Positions 15,160 to 28,400 of a DNA stretch of 64,000 nt are shown here, piece by piece. The DNA is from Balanoglossus misakiensis (lineage: Eukaryota > Animalia > Hemichordata). The notes below the pieces were generated by a model, which saw nothing but the letters and a program-made list of their open reading frames with translations, had not been told where the DNA came from and did not search any database. The position numbers and the translations under genes are program-made. The stretch is from assembly GCA_040954595.2 (NCBI GenBank), contig CM082598.2, positions 248,001 through 312,000 of the forward strand, read 5' to 3'. Numbering within the stretch: the first letter of the stretch is position 1; the number at the start of each line of letters is the position of its first letter.

Positions 15160-16016
15160 ATAGCTTTTGTGTCCTGCAGGGAAGACAAATACAAAACTGA
15201 AATTTCTGACAAATGACATTCTCATTCCATGCACCGTAAAAAAGAAAAGAAAAGAAAGAAAGCATCACATCAACTGAAAATCAAACCCTGTGAGAACCAA
15301 AATTTACTTTTCAATTTCATTGGCAAGTTAAAAATGGAGGCAATTAAAAAATATCCAATGTTTAATAAAATATACGAATATAATCATAATGTATAAATAT
15401 TCCTATATCTCAAATTGTTTTTTTCTTTTCGGGTATGTGTGCTATACTAGTGTTTCCTTTGCAGAGCCCTACCTTGGCTAAGTCTCCACTCTATATTACA
15501 AGGACTACTTCTATGGTAATTTTTCTCAGGCGGCTGACTCCATGACTTTTGAAAGACAGACTGGAATTACAGAAAGAAGACATTCGTTGTATAAAACAAA
15601 GATCAGAAAAGATTAACTTCTACCAGAGAATGACATGCAACACAATACTTACACCAATGTTTACCTCAACAGATAATTAATCTTTCTCCAATAAACATCC
15701 ATACACAAGTTTACCCTGTACATTGTAAATACTTCTGGATTTCTCATTTTGACACACAGCAAGAAATATATTCCTGTTCAGTTCCTTTCCATGTGGTTCA
15801 TTATTTTAGGAAGATTTTTCAGGTTGAATTTTATCCCCTGTTTTTGTAAATTTATCTGCCAGCCTCCAACATATCTCTTGTGAGTCCTTAATTTGATAGA
15901 AAACTGCATTCTTCAAGTTGTTGACAAGGCATATTTCACATCATCTAAGAATTCAAGTGACATGGACCGGTAGTATTAAGGGACAAAGTTGTCATCAAAG
16001 GTACTTGCAATATGCA

Positions 16017-19000
16017 CTAGATGTTGAAATCCCACACTTTGCATTTGTTGTCATACGAAGCACTGATTATTTTTGTCTCATCAAAACTGATGGCATTGAC
16101 CTGGCTGTGGTGACCCTTCAATGTGTGTAGACTCTTGTCTCTGAAAAAACAAGAAAAGATTTGTTCAAATCTGGAATACAAATTGTCAGAAATTGTACAA
16201 ACAACACAATGTTCATACATGTGATTCATGATATTCTTGTTTGTTCAGCTTCAACCAATCATGGGGTTTTTCAACACCCTGTATCAAACATTCGAAACAC
16301 TTTTTTGATAACAACAGTCCGCTATGTGTCAGGGAAAACCTTTGCAAAGGGCTTCATGAATATTCCTGCAGCAAGGAGTACTTCTCCAAACCTTTGTAGA
16401 AAAAACCACAAGAGTGACTAAAATCTGTCAAAATGATCGGAAATGAATTCACCTTCAAACCAAAGCTAAACTGAAATTATCATGAGACCTGAATACTTAC
16501 TTCGTGATATCCCAGTATTTAATCATTCCATCCTGTCCGGCACTAACTATGATTCCTTCTGGCTTGTCCGGATCTGAAATCCGAAGTTCCAATGTTTCAA
16601 TCCTGGAATCAAACAGGAAAAATTAAGGTAATACAAACGTAGAGAAGGTTTAAATTGTTTTGTCTCTATGCCTTTTTCATAAAGACACAAAAACAAGGCC
16701 AGTAGGTCACAGAGTACTGCTGGAGCTCGTCTGCTTTGTTGTATATCTCATACAAGTTGCATGTAAAGCTTTACCTTACAATAAAATGTGACTGTCAAAT
16801 ATCAGTCAATAGTGAAGATATACAAGATGATAAAGTTTTTATTCTGTTACCTACTGGTCTTGTTTTTACATTGTCTTGAAGGCGTATTGTTTGTGGGAGC
16901 ATACGAATAATGTCAGGAGTTTCTGTGTAGTCTTCAAAACACACAGAGTTGAAGGACTTTGTACACACCTTTTCTCATGTTCTTCAAATGTCCTGACACA
17001 AGATGCAGTATCCAATCTCCAGAATGAAAGTATTTCACCAACAGCACATGCAAAGAATCCTTTGTGATAACTCAGTCCCATCACTGATGTGGTCTGACTG
17101 ACCCAGATAATCTTGGTGTGTTTGCCAGTCTTGGTGCTCCAGATTCTTATACTCTGGACCAAACAAAAAAAGTAGAACTGATGTAAATTTTCAGAACAGG
17201 AAAGCGTCAATCTACCTAAGGTACAAACACTGATAAAGAGATAGACAGAGGATGGATGGACGGATGGATGGATGGATGGAGTGGCGTACAATCAGATGAA
17301 CAGATAGACCTGTTGGTTGATCAATAGACAGAGCAACAAGAGATAGATAGATGGAGATCGAAAGTGAGAGTGTGAGACATGGTCATGAGAATCACAAAAA
17401 GTTGGATAAAACTATGGAACAACCCGATGGAAACAACAAGAAAACAATGCTTACTCTGTCAGCTGATCCTGTTAAAACTATCGTACAATCTTCATCCATG
17501 TCAATACAAAAGACAGCCTGTGTATGACCACGGAGTGTGTGTAGTAACTGGCATCTGCTGATGTCCCACAGTTTGGCCTGCAATCAAAATGATAGAGTGA
17601 AATTCAGAGAAGTTGAAAAGTGTTTGTATGCAGTATTATGGCTGACAGCTTTGGGCTGACGGAAAATTTATTTGTTGGTGACATATAAGTATATGAACAC
17701 CAGCCTCCAATCTGACAGTTCGTATTAAAATATCAGATAACAGAAATTGAAAACATCACTTTTTAGAGCAATGCATGAAGGTGATAATATTGGACCTAAT
17801 TCTCTGATAAAGATGAAAATGTCCAAAATTTAAAACCACACTTACGGTTCTGTCTTGGGAAGCTGACGCTAACAGATTCTGTTTCCTGACGATTGCCCAA
17901 ACGGCACCCTCGTGGCCAAACAACGTCCTTGCACAGGTGCCTTTGCGTAGGTTCCATACTTTTATGGTACAATCATAGGAACCACTGATCAGCAGATTTC
18001 GTGTGAAGAACCTCACACACCATACTCCTTTCTGCAAGAAAATGTTCAGAATAATAGTGTTGCGCTGGTTTGACCCAATCATTCTTTCATTTGTACCACT
18101 ACCAGAATGATCAGTTTCATTGCATCAGTTTCAAATGAGGAGAATAATATTGAGTTTTAGTTCATGACTCATACCATTTCTGGAAAATCATTCTGAATAT
18201 TTGAACCCACCAACAAGGCTGACTGAAATAGGTGTGTAACTAAGCCAGGGTTTTGCAGCTACAGAGGAAGCCATTCACAATCACACATATGAAATTGGCC
18301 AAAACTGCCACTTTTCACTGAGATGTGACTTGAGGTTTGTATGTATATGCCAACAGAAGGAAATCATCACCTAAACTGATACACATTGGCGAAGGATTTC
18401 CTACTGTTATGGTGGTCATTGACCATTTCACCACCATGGTTTGATCCCAATCAAACCATGATAGAAACGAGGGTGAAATGATTAAGAGAACAAACTTACT
18501 GTATGTCCTTTGAGTGTTTGTAGCAGATTACCACTCTTGGCATCCCAAACTTTGACAGTAGTGTCTTTACTTCCACTGGCCATCCGTCTGCCATCAAATG
18601 TCACGGATAACACTCTGGAAAATTAACAGAGGAATAATTATATATAAATTCATGAAACTAGTGCACAGCATTCCGGCAAACAAAAGATGATCATGTTCTG
18701 ATCAAAAAGAATAATTGTTGCGTCCATGTGAAGACACTCTACAATCAGAACATAATCTGGATGTGATTGTAAAGGGATTAAAAAATCAAAAAGTGTATTT
18801 CTTGACTTACTTTCCTGTGTGGCCTTTCACCTCAACTTCTTTGAAATGACCAAGTTCCCAATTTAATTTCAAGTACATGTTATCTTTGTAAACATTCTTC
18901 CATTTCATATTGGCAGTTACTGGAACCTCTGAAAAAATGATGAAAGAGTGCCGATATGTTTGTGCATCAAGTAGAATACTTTACAACAAGAAAATAAGTA

Positions 19001-20367
19001 TATATGCGTAGGAAAACAGAAAAAAAAATTGATTCTTTCTTTGATATCAGATCCTGAAAGCTATCACTTACCGATCTCGACTTCATCACATTTGGCCTTC
19101 CATATTTCATCACTACTTGCTAATCTGTTCCATATACGACTGACCTGTGACACCACTAACAATTCTATGGGCTTTAGATAATGAAGTATTTTCAATGCTA
19201 AATGTTCTGGTAATAATGATATGAAATCCCTGTACTGTTTCAGCTGAAAGGCAAAAACATAAAAGATGTTTAAATTTTCATAATAGACTTTAATATATCT
19301 TACAATTTAACTTGTAAGTTTTTTAGTGTCTACTAGTTTAATCTGTAATTGCAGCCTGACCCAGACATGTACTACATAATTGTATCAGGGTCCTGTCTCA
19401 GGTAATGATTTGATGAAAAGTAATAAAATCTTGTACTCACCGCCAGATAACTTGAAATATAATACAACTGCCTTGAGTCTAATGTTCTCATCATTTTGTG
19501 CAGAAATTCATTTCTCTGAACATCTGTAAAACAGAGTTAATAAAGGTGAGTCCTTATGCATGGCTGCGGATCAGGTGTGTTACAAAACACATATCGACTG
19601 GCCTTTCGGGCAATAGCATACGTCTTTCACCCCTCGAGACTGTGAGTCACCCCCAAAAGAGACTATTTCACTAGGCCTTCGGCCTCGGGAAACAGTCTGT
19701 TTTAGGGGTGACTCAGAGTCCCTCGGGTTACAGACATATGCTGTTGCCCTCATGGCCAGTCAATATGTGTTTAATTTTTCCAAATTCATAAGGCCGAAGC
19801 CATAACTTGACCCAGGTCAACTCACCTGTCCAGCAATCACTGTACCAATGATAGAGTTGCCACGCTTCATTTGGTACTTTAGGAATCGGAGCTTGGTGCT
19901 CTGGAGCTGTTCCATACTATCAGAAAGAAAAGCAGAAATGCTTTTAATATTATAATCATGTTAAACTGCATTTCAAATTGAGCCAGACAGTTGTACCATA
20001 TTGTTTTCCAATGTAGATTAAACTTTGAGGGTTATTTAAGACTAACCAGGAGTTGGGAGCAATTCACCCACTGTGAATCTGATGACTTGAAGTGCAGTAT
20101 TTGAGCAATCTATTCTGTACCATGTGTATCCAACCTACAAACGGTGGTTAAAACAGTACATGTATTTCCTGGATGTCAACTTTGAGATAATTTCTACTTA
20201 CAGGTGATTTTCTTCGCCTTGTCAACTCAAAACTACTCATTGATTTCTGAAGACGTGGAATTTCTACGACCGGTTCATAGACAAGTTTCCCATCACGTGG
20301 ACTCCCATCTTGTAAATGACGTCTGAGAGGTGGAAGACTTTGTGATCTGCACAGAAATAATAACACC

Positions 20368-20411
<44 letters not shown>

Positions 20412-22764
20412 CTGATTGGTTAGAAATATGATTGACATAAGCCCAGCCTACAGCTGCAGATATTCTTTAGGCTTAGGCTTAGCGTCCAATTGGCTACAAC
20501 CTTCCAAGATGCTGCACATTAGCCTCGAGGCAAACTTCGCAAGTGAGTGAATGCACACAGATATTGAGAGATATTGTTACCTTGGCAACGATGGAGCAGA
20601 GTGGGACTTGTGAATGAAAAGTGGAGATCCCTCTCTCTGTTTTGGTGACGTGGGATTCTTTGGCAAACTTGGAAGTTTCCCTGTATTCTTCAACACTTCC
20701 GTCCATCTTGATTTGTAATTTCTGTTAAAAACATTTTACATTTATTGAAATAAATCTTTCTCAAAGAATGATATGAAACGTTCAGGTTTCTGTATGATAA
20801 AGTAAGATAAAATTGATGGCGAAGATGGATTAAACTGTAAGACTTTTGATTACAAGTAGTTATGTATGATCATTGTATTGTCAAGTGTTAATGTGTGTGT
20901 GTGTGCATGTGTGTGTACTTACATGGTACGTTCTGTGCTTGGTTCATCTTTTACAAAGCTTCTCTGCAACGGGATGTCTGTATTACATTCCATGACATCA
21001 TTCCTGTGTTTGATGTAGGCACTACGTGCAAAAAGATTGAAAAGATCTTGATCATTACATCCATGATATTGTTTTCAAACAATTTTCTTATACATCGGGA
21101 TGGAAGGTGTGTGTGGTTGAACATTGATTCACTCTATCCACATGTAGAATAACATAAACACTGTCTTGTATCAAACATATTTAATGGAAAATTGGCAGTT
21201 ACCTTTGTATTCTGTAAAACTTTTTCACCATTTTCTTCTGTTTTTTCTCTCGACTGGTATATGTGCTTATTGGTGTAAATTTGGTCTGTGGGAAATACTG
21301 TTTCGACGAGTACATGAAGTCTCTGTGCAGAGCTGGCTGTAAAGTGGTCCATAAAAATTGGACCTGGTTGAAATTACTTCGTACAAGAAGTCCTTCCAGA
21401 ATTTTACATCTCTACAATAAAGAAAAGACAAAAGATGTTAGCAATTGGTGATGCCAATGGTCAGTTCAGAAAAAAGAACCCACATGTAATGATTTACAGC
21501 AATATACATGGAAATTGACTAACCCAAAATGATGAATGTAGGAAAGTATTAACAATGTGTGTACTTTAGCCAGATGAGTTAGATTTTATGCTCTGTTGAA
21601 CAATCTCATAAAACTGTCAAGCTTTGTACACCCAGGTCAGTGTGCATTGTGATCCATAGCAAATTTAATTACTGGAGAAAATAAGAAATAACCTGGCAAT
21701 TACACAAACATGTACAACGTAGATTTATAATTTCCTTAATGTAATTGAGTGCACTTATATTAAACAGGGCGACCACAAAGGACTTTGTAGTGTGGCATTA
21801 AGGAACAGAGTCATTTTCATCTTCTTAAAGATTTTTTTTATGTGTTATATTAGCGGTTATCAGGAATTTACATTCCACAAATTAATTTAAATAAAAATAT
21901 TGGGATGGTATGAATTCTGAAACACACAACTGTAAATTTTGCCAGGAATTTTCACGAAAGTTTTTAAATATTTCATAGTATCTTTAATTTATTTTTTCAT
22001 GGATAGGTATAATAGCAATCAACAGGTGGACTAGCTTTCAAAGTCTGAGTTTGAAATCAGGCTACGCTTTCTGTATCATTCTGTCATACCCTGGATAAAA
22101 TTCATTTATTTCCAGAGATTTTGCATTCATTGTGGCTTCTATCCCTGTTACCCTAATGACCTTCTAGTTATTTTTTACTGTTTGTATAACTTAACTCTTA
22201 AGACTCAAAGTCCAAATTGCCATTTACATTAAGCCTTATAAATCACTGACCCACTACGGAATTTACAAACCATCACACACAAGTACGCATTTTTCTGGTA
22301 CTTGGTACTTAAATTATTTTAACACAAATCTCCTGCTTTGAAGGGAGGCTCACATAAACATAAATTCAACCTAATTTTTGGTATTAACAAAGTTAAGTTG
22401 TGTAACTTTAATTGAGTATAATAATATTGACAAAATAATATCAAAATCACGTTTGTTATTATTTACAAAATTGTTACCATGATTCAAACATAAACTCTAT
22501 CTAAACACTGACAAAAATTTCAGGCTGCTAGGAAACGTACAATACTTCTGAAAGTGTGAAATCTGAGTAGTATGGACTCATATATAGACTAATTACCAGG
22601 TCATGACTCCAACCTTCCAACCATACTGACAAGTGGTCAAGTTGTCGATCGAATTCCACGGTTGTTTCATTGAACGGGTTCCGGCCCCGGCCGTAGTGCC
22701 ACAATATCGAATCGAAGGTCTCGTCGTCGACGACACGATCGCCAGACTCAAGGATCGCAGACAT
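16017..22764 (-). CDS. F-box/WD40-repeat protein (FBXW-type SCF substrate receptor), multi-exon
   Basis: Exon 1 is 22764-22597 (MSAILESG...WSHDL, then a GTAATT donor). The F-box exon 19243-19072 encodes [19 protein letters not shown]...[21 protein letters not shown]40 repeats follow ([58 protein letters not shown]), with the stop at 16017. Confidence 0.9.
18419..18485. mobile_element. Internally deleted family A MITE copy
   Basis: TTGACCATTTCACCACCATGGTTTG ... GGGTGAAATGATTAA. Confidence 0.5.
19585..19772. mobile_element. About 188-bp imperfect palindrome (foldback element) in an intron of the F-box gene
   Basis: AAACACATATCGACTGGCC ... GGCCAGTCAATATGTGTTT, inner GAGTCACCCC/GGGGTGACTC, centre AGGCCTTCGGCCT. 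A partial arm copy lies at 55015-55051. Confidence 0.75.
20369..20411. repeat. (ATC)n microsatellite
   Basis: About 14 ATC units, intronic, close to an exon boundary. Confidence 0.95.
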
Positions 22765-25310
22765 ATCCGTATTTGTTTATAACGTAACCAGAGCTTGTCC
22801 TGCTGAGTCAATACAATATACCCAAGAGGTGCGAGACGGCTTAAGTGTTTGATCGCGACCGCGCAAGTAACGCGCCTCGCTCGATTGCCACGTCTTGTAT
22901 TCTGGACGATCTATCTTAAAATCTACGACAGATTCATGATTCTACGGTTTCAAAAGTCCTCGCTATCACAGAGGCGAAAACTTCGATCAAAACTCACGCG
23001 ACCTCCCAGTTGAAAGTTTATGTCAAACACCAATTATACGGACTTATCTATTCTTTAGTAGGGTGGTGCAGGAGTTTTATATAAAGAGAAATAAACATAA
23101 TGGCATATATGGCGAAATGAACAAGGGTTTATAAGTTTCATACATCATTATATTCTGTGGATTGTGGGTTATTAATGTTTGAACTTGTTTTGGTTAAAGA
23201 TTTGACTACGTCTGTCGTTGCTAAATGCACCTTACCAAAAATAGTCCGATCTTAGTTTAGTGTGACCCATAACTTGGCAACAAGGGGCGTCGATCGTCAA
23301 GGTAATCGACGCTCATGTTTTATTCATGAGCAAGCGTGTGCCCGTCGTCTACGTACGCCCTCAGTCTACGCGCTTACGCACCCTGAATGTACGTTTCATG
23401 TTAATATCCAGGGTGTTTATTTCAAAATAACAAAACCAAGCCGCCGGAAAAACTTACAAATACAACAAAAGCTACATCTAAGTTCTAAAAATGGTAAAAT
23501 CCATGATATTTGGCCGATGACATTTGTGTAAATTTACTTTTTTGACTTATTGTGATGAGAGACGAGACTATACAGCATGGACATTTCAGTTCTTTCAAGA
23601 GAATGATATATTTAATAAAATGTTAAAATATTCAGTGATTGAGTTATGCTTCTAAACAGATAAGTGTAATCATAGAGATGCATGTTATATATGGATCCAA
23701 AAGGTGCATAGTTACAGTATGCTATGGTGATTGACCTGCTCAGGGTCACTCTGTGAATTACCTGGTGCCAGCAAATATCACAACTTTTACTCATTTAGGC
23801 ACACACTTGCAAATTGACTCTGACCTGATTATGTATTGTACTGGTATATATCTATTGACATATGCTCTTTGTTTCAACATGTATACTGTCTTTATAGCTG
23901 CAATTATTGTAGCCCTGGCGGGTGGGTGCGTGGCGTGCGCGATGTTTCGTCGCAAGCCGCATGCACAAAACATCACGCTCGCAACCAGCCCACAAAGGCT
24001 ACAATTATTGCAGCTAATACTGTACTAAAAAATTATAAAAAGCTGTAGGTGCACCTTTAAGCATGACTCCAAGAAGTCAAACAGCATAGACAACTTTCCA
24101 TACTAACAATAAAACTGACCAAAAAGGTCAAATGAGAGCAACTTTGTCCCTTTAAGGGTTAATTATTCTAGTCTAGTTTGCTTTTTGGGTTGCGTTGTTC
24201 TGTTTTATCCCTAGCATGTGAGATGGCATAGATAAGAGAAACATAATACGCAGCTGTTATCTCCCCATTACGACAGCACATGTAACAGTCATTGCAAAAT
24301 AAATCTTTCCATCCATATTCCTTTATGTCTCAGTTTTAACAGAGTCAATAAGGCAAACTTTTATAATACAAGCAAGAGGGAGGCATGTTACATTCTAGCA
24401 CAGCCAATTTTTATAGGAGAGTAAGATTAACATATTTGTTCAGTACTGGTACCCCGGCCCTGTCCTTGCAGTGACTGGACTTTTTCCAGAAAGCTTTGTT
24501 TCCCAGCCAGTCTCTTAATTTGATCTTCCTTCAAGTCAGTCCTTTGGATGCAATTCCATCCATCGATCATCACATATACACACAGAAAAGTTTGAGGAAG
24601 CTTGTATTACTTGGTGTTGGTAAGTACATGATTTTTTTATAACTCTAGTTTTTGCAATCTTGTATTAAAAGAAAGATAAAAATACTTTCTTTACTGTAAC
24701 GGGCATGAGATCAACAGTGTTTTCTGTGGTGATGTTCGGATATTAATGCTGGAAGAAAACAAAAACAAAAATGTGCTCCATCTTTTTTAAAAGATTGAGC
24801 TTTCAAGCAAAGTGTCAACCAATAACATCAGGGTCAAGTTTAGATATATACAGTTACGAGTTTTCCATTGCAGACAGAGAGCTTTATGTCAATTCCTCCT
24901 TGACCCCCTAAAGTCCACCTTAGTCTGCTGAAACAAGTGAAGTATATGTAGCATAGCAACAAAGCATACTGCCCACCTAAGCAACAATGTTTGCTTATAT
25001 AACAGAAAGAGACATTAAGAAATGATTGTACATTTGTACTTTAACAATCACAATACCACGATGATCTCACTGGAATTTATTGCCTCTGTGCCAACAGCAC
25101 TGACATTACTGGCAGGAGTTGACATCAACTTCTGATCAGCAAGTGCCTGGCTACTGTTTGCAAAATTCCAAACGTCATGATGCAAAACTAGCCATATAAC
25201 ATAATTATGTGTGTATTTTTGGCCAATTTTGGTATGGAGTAAACTATCGCAGTAATGACAAATGTAGACAAGGTAAATAAACCTGTTTTCAGTTCTCTTT
25301 CTGTGAATAA

Positions 25311-25393
25311 TAAATCCTGGTCTCTTTATAATGGACCAACTTTACCATAAAAAACAATAGATTTTGACCAAACCTTGGTTGGGAAAGGGTTAA
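25311..25393. mobile_element. Degenerate family A MITE copy
   Basis: GGACCAACTTTACCATAAAAAACAATAGATTTTGACCAAACCTTGGTTGGGAAAGGGTTAA resembles the 55951 copy; the left end is decayed. Confidence 0.55.
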
Positions 25394-25478
25394 AGTGCCT
25401 ATAGCGAACACACCACTGGAAAAGTTGCATATGGATTTATTTTATTATTTTGCCTCTTTATAATATCAGAACTTTGCA

Positions 25479-28400
25479 ATGAATCCATCACGCCTAAGGA
25501 ACATTGAAGATGGTTCAGAAAATGATCGACATGAGATGGTGTTGTTGTCAGAGACGCATAATGTTCTGACTCAAACAACAGTCAACGAAATCAACCAAAA
25601 TGATGATTCAGTGGAGAAAGACCAAGTCATGGGAAGAACCCAAATCAAAATCGATCAGAGTGATGGTTCTTGGAGCAAAGAAAACATCGGGCAATCTGTT
25701 GAAGTGACTTATGCTGTTGATGACATCCCTCCATGGTATGCATGCTTATTATTTGGTTTTCAGGTAAGCATAGAAAGTGAAGAGTCAGGTGTCATCTTTA
25801 CGTTTGCTGATTCATGGCTGTCATGTTCGCTTAGAAGGCACACTGCTGGTGACTCAAGAAAATTTTCCACCCTGCAGTCAAATGTATAGGGCTGACAAAT
25901 TGACTCAAAACGTTTAAACATTACGCTTGTTAAAGGGCACACTGGTGAATATATCGTTTGTAATAATTTGTTAATATTCTATAATTGTTTTAAAAGCAAC
26001 AAATGACTATGTTCGGCGGTGTGATAACCATGCCCTTTCTGGCTGCTCAGATGCTCTGTGTGTCAGATGATGTTATTATTACTGGGAGAATCTTCAGTAC
26101 CGCAACTCTCATGATTTCTGTGGCAACCTTTCTACAAACCACCTTTGGTGTCAGGTTGGTACACACCAGTAAACGTTTATACATACCTCAACTGCCATGA
26201 AAATGTATGATTAAGAGCTGGAGACGATGAGAGTAAAGCAAAATGGCAGATGGCTTTATGCTGGCATGAAATACTTGGGAGATATTTATGAATTCCAGGG
26301 TACGGAAAAAGCATGAGTGATTGCCAAGATTTGCCCACAAAAAGAACTATAATTTCACCAGTGTACACTTTTACATGTTCATCGTGGAACGTGGAAATAA
26401 TGCATGGTATATCAGGGAGACAGAATTTATGGTAAAGTATTATTTATAGTTGGCAGATATCCAGGGTAAAGTGCTTGGGGATTAATTTAGAGAGACATGC
26501 ATGCTGCTTGCATACATGATTTATACAAACATTTATGTTCTATTGTGATCAATTTGATCTTGTTTATTTTCCTATTTTTATTAATTACACAGATTGCCCA
26601 TCCTTCAAGGGCCATCTCCAAGTTTATATTTCCCTGCGCTGGTATTTCTATCACTTCCCCCTTGGAAATGTCCTACAGAATCCGGTATGTGTAATACTAA
26701 ATCAGAGCTTAGTACATACAATGTAATTGATTTCAAGACATGGTGCTGTTTCATTTGTTATTTTGCCTTTAGATGATTGCTACTGAGTGAATTAATGTTT
26801 GCAATTAACACTTTGCTTCAGCTATTAGCCCCCTGACTAGTTTTTCCAAGAGTTTAGCACTGCATTATTGGTGCTGCGATGTATACTACAAGCATGCTTT
26901 AGAAATTTGAGCAAGTGCACGCACATGCTGCACATGAAAAAATGGAGACTCAGCCAATAGTTACTGTGTATACACGTTTACCAGCAGATCTCGAGCTGAA
27001 CAGCAATTTCAGCACCAATGAAACTGAGGTTGATTGGAAAGACAGGATGAGAGAGGTAAAGATACTACTTATCATTCAAATCTAACGTACTGGAGAGACA
27101 GACTTGGTGATGGAAGACATTCAACTGTATTACACAAAGAACAATTACAGTTATGTCTTACCTCTTCGTTGTTTAGCTTTGGTTCTTGATATGTTACCCA
27201 AGTTATTTTCTCTGTCTTATTCTCAAAGGTCCAGGGTGCTCTGATCATAGCAGCATCCTTTGAGTTTTTACTTGGCATAACTGGAGCTATAGGTCTCTTG
27301 TTGCGGTTCATTGGTCCGTTGACTGTCGCACCGATTATTGTAATGATTGGTCTTGGGATGTACGAAATAGCAGCCATTTTCGCCAGTCAACACTGGGGCA
27401 TCGCATTTCTGTAAGTGACGTACAATATTTTACTTTATTATACTTGATGTTCATTAGCAGTGTTACAGAGAATGACAAACGCATAGAGAGAGAGACTTTG
27501 TCCCTTTAAAGTGTTTAAATTACAAACATGGTAACTTATAATAGAAGTGGTTTATAAACTTTAGACTTTATGAAAACTAACCTCATTGATTCTTCACAGC
27601 ACGGTGTGCCTGGTCGTATCTTTTTCACAATATCTCCGCAAAGTGCCACTGCCAATTCCTGTGTGGACAAGAGAAAAAGGATGTCATTTCAAATGGCCCA
27701 AAATCTTCGAACTTTTTCCTGTAAGTTTGTATTTCTTGATTGATGCTCTCCTTCCTTTCATAAGGATCGGAAACCAAGAGATTTTACGGGATTGAACTGT
27801 TGTACCAGTACATGTGTACATATATAAACTCCTGTACCAGGCTGTCTCAAATTAAAAGTAGTTCTGTCTAAACAACATCAAGGATGAATGAAGCAGCTTA
27901 CCAGTAGGATATTGCTTATGATGTAGTGGTTGTAGGATAATTGTGTTGCTATGGTCAATTCATCTTCATCCCCAAAAATTTACACAGACTCTTCAAGTTC
28001 AATAACCACTCTGTAAGAAAACATTTTATAGACCAGGTCTGTTTTATGTGACACATAAGACATAAGACAATGTTGAAATGTGAACACGTATTTGAACATT
28101 TGAACTTGTACAACGACTTGAAGTTGTGGATATCTTTTTCTCTCTCTCTCTCTCTCTCTCTTAAGTGCAAAATTACCAAGACAACCAATCTGTAAATGCT
28201 TGACACAAATGTTTTGATGTAACTTTGACTAATTTCAGGTGATTTTAAGCATTGGATTAGCCTGGCTCTTCTGTTACATCTTGACTGTGACCGATGTTTT
28301 CCCAGAAAACAGTGCAGCAAGAACCGACCTAAAGACATCAGCGGTCAACGAAGCACCATGGGTTATATTTCCCCTTCCTGGTCAGTGTCTTCCATTTGCC

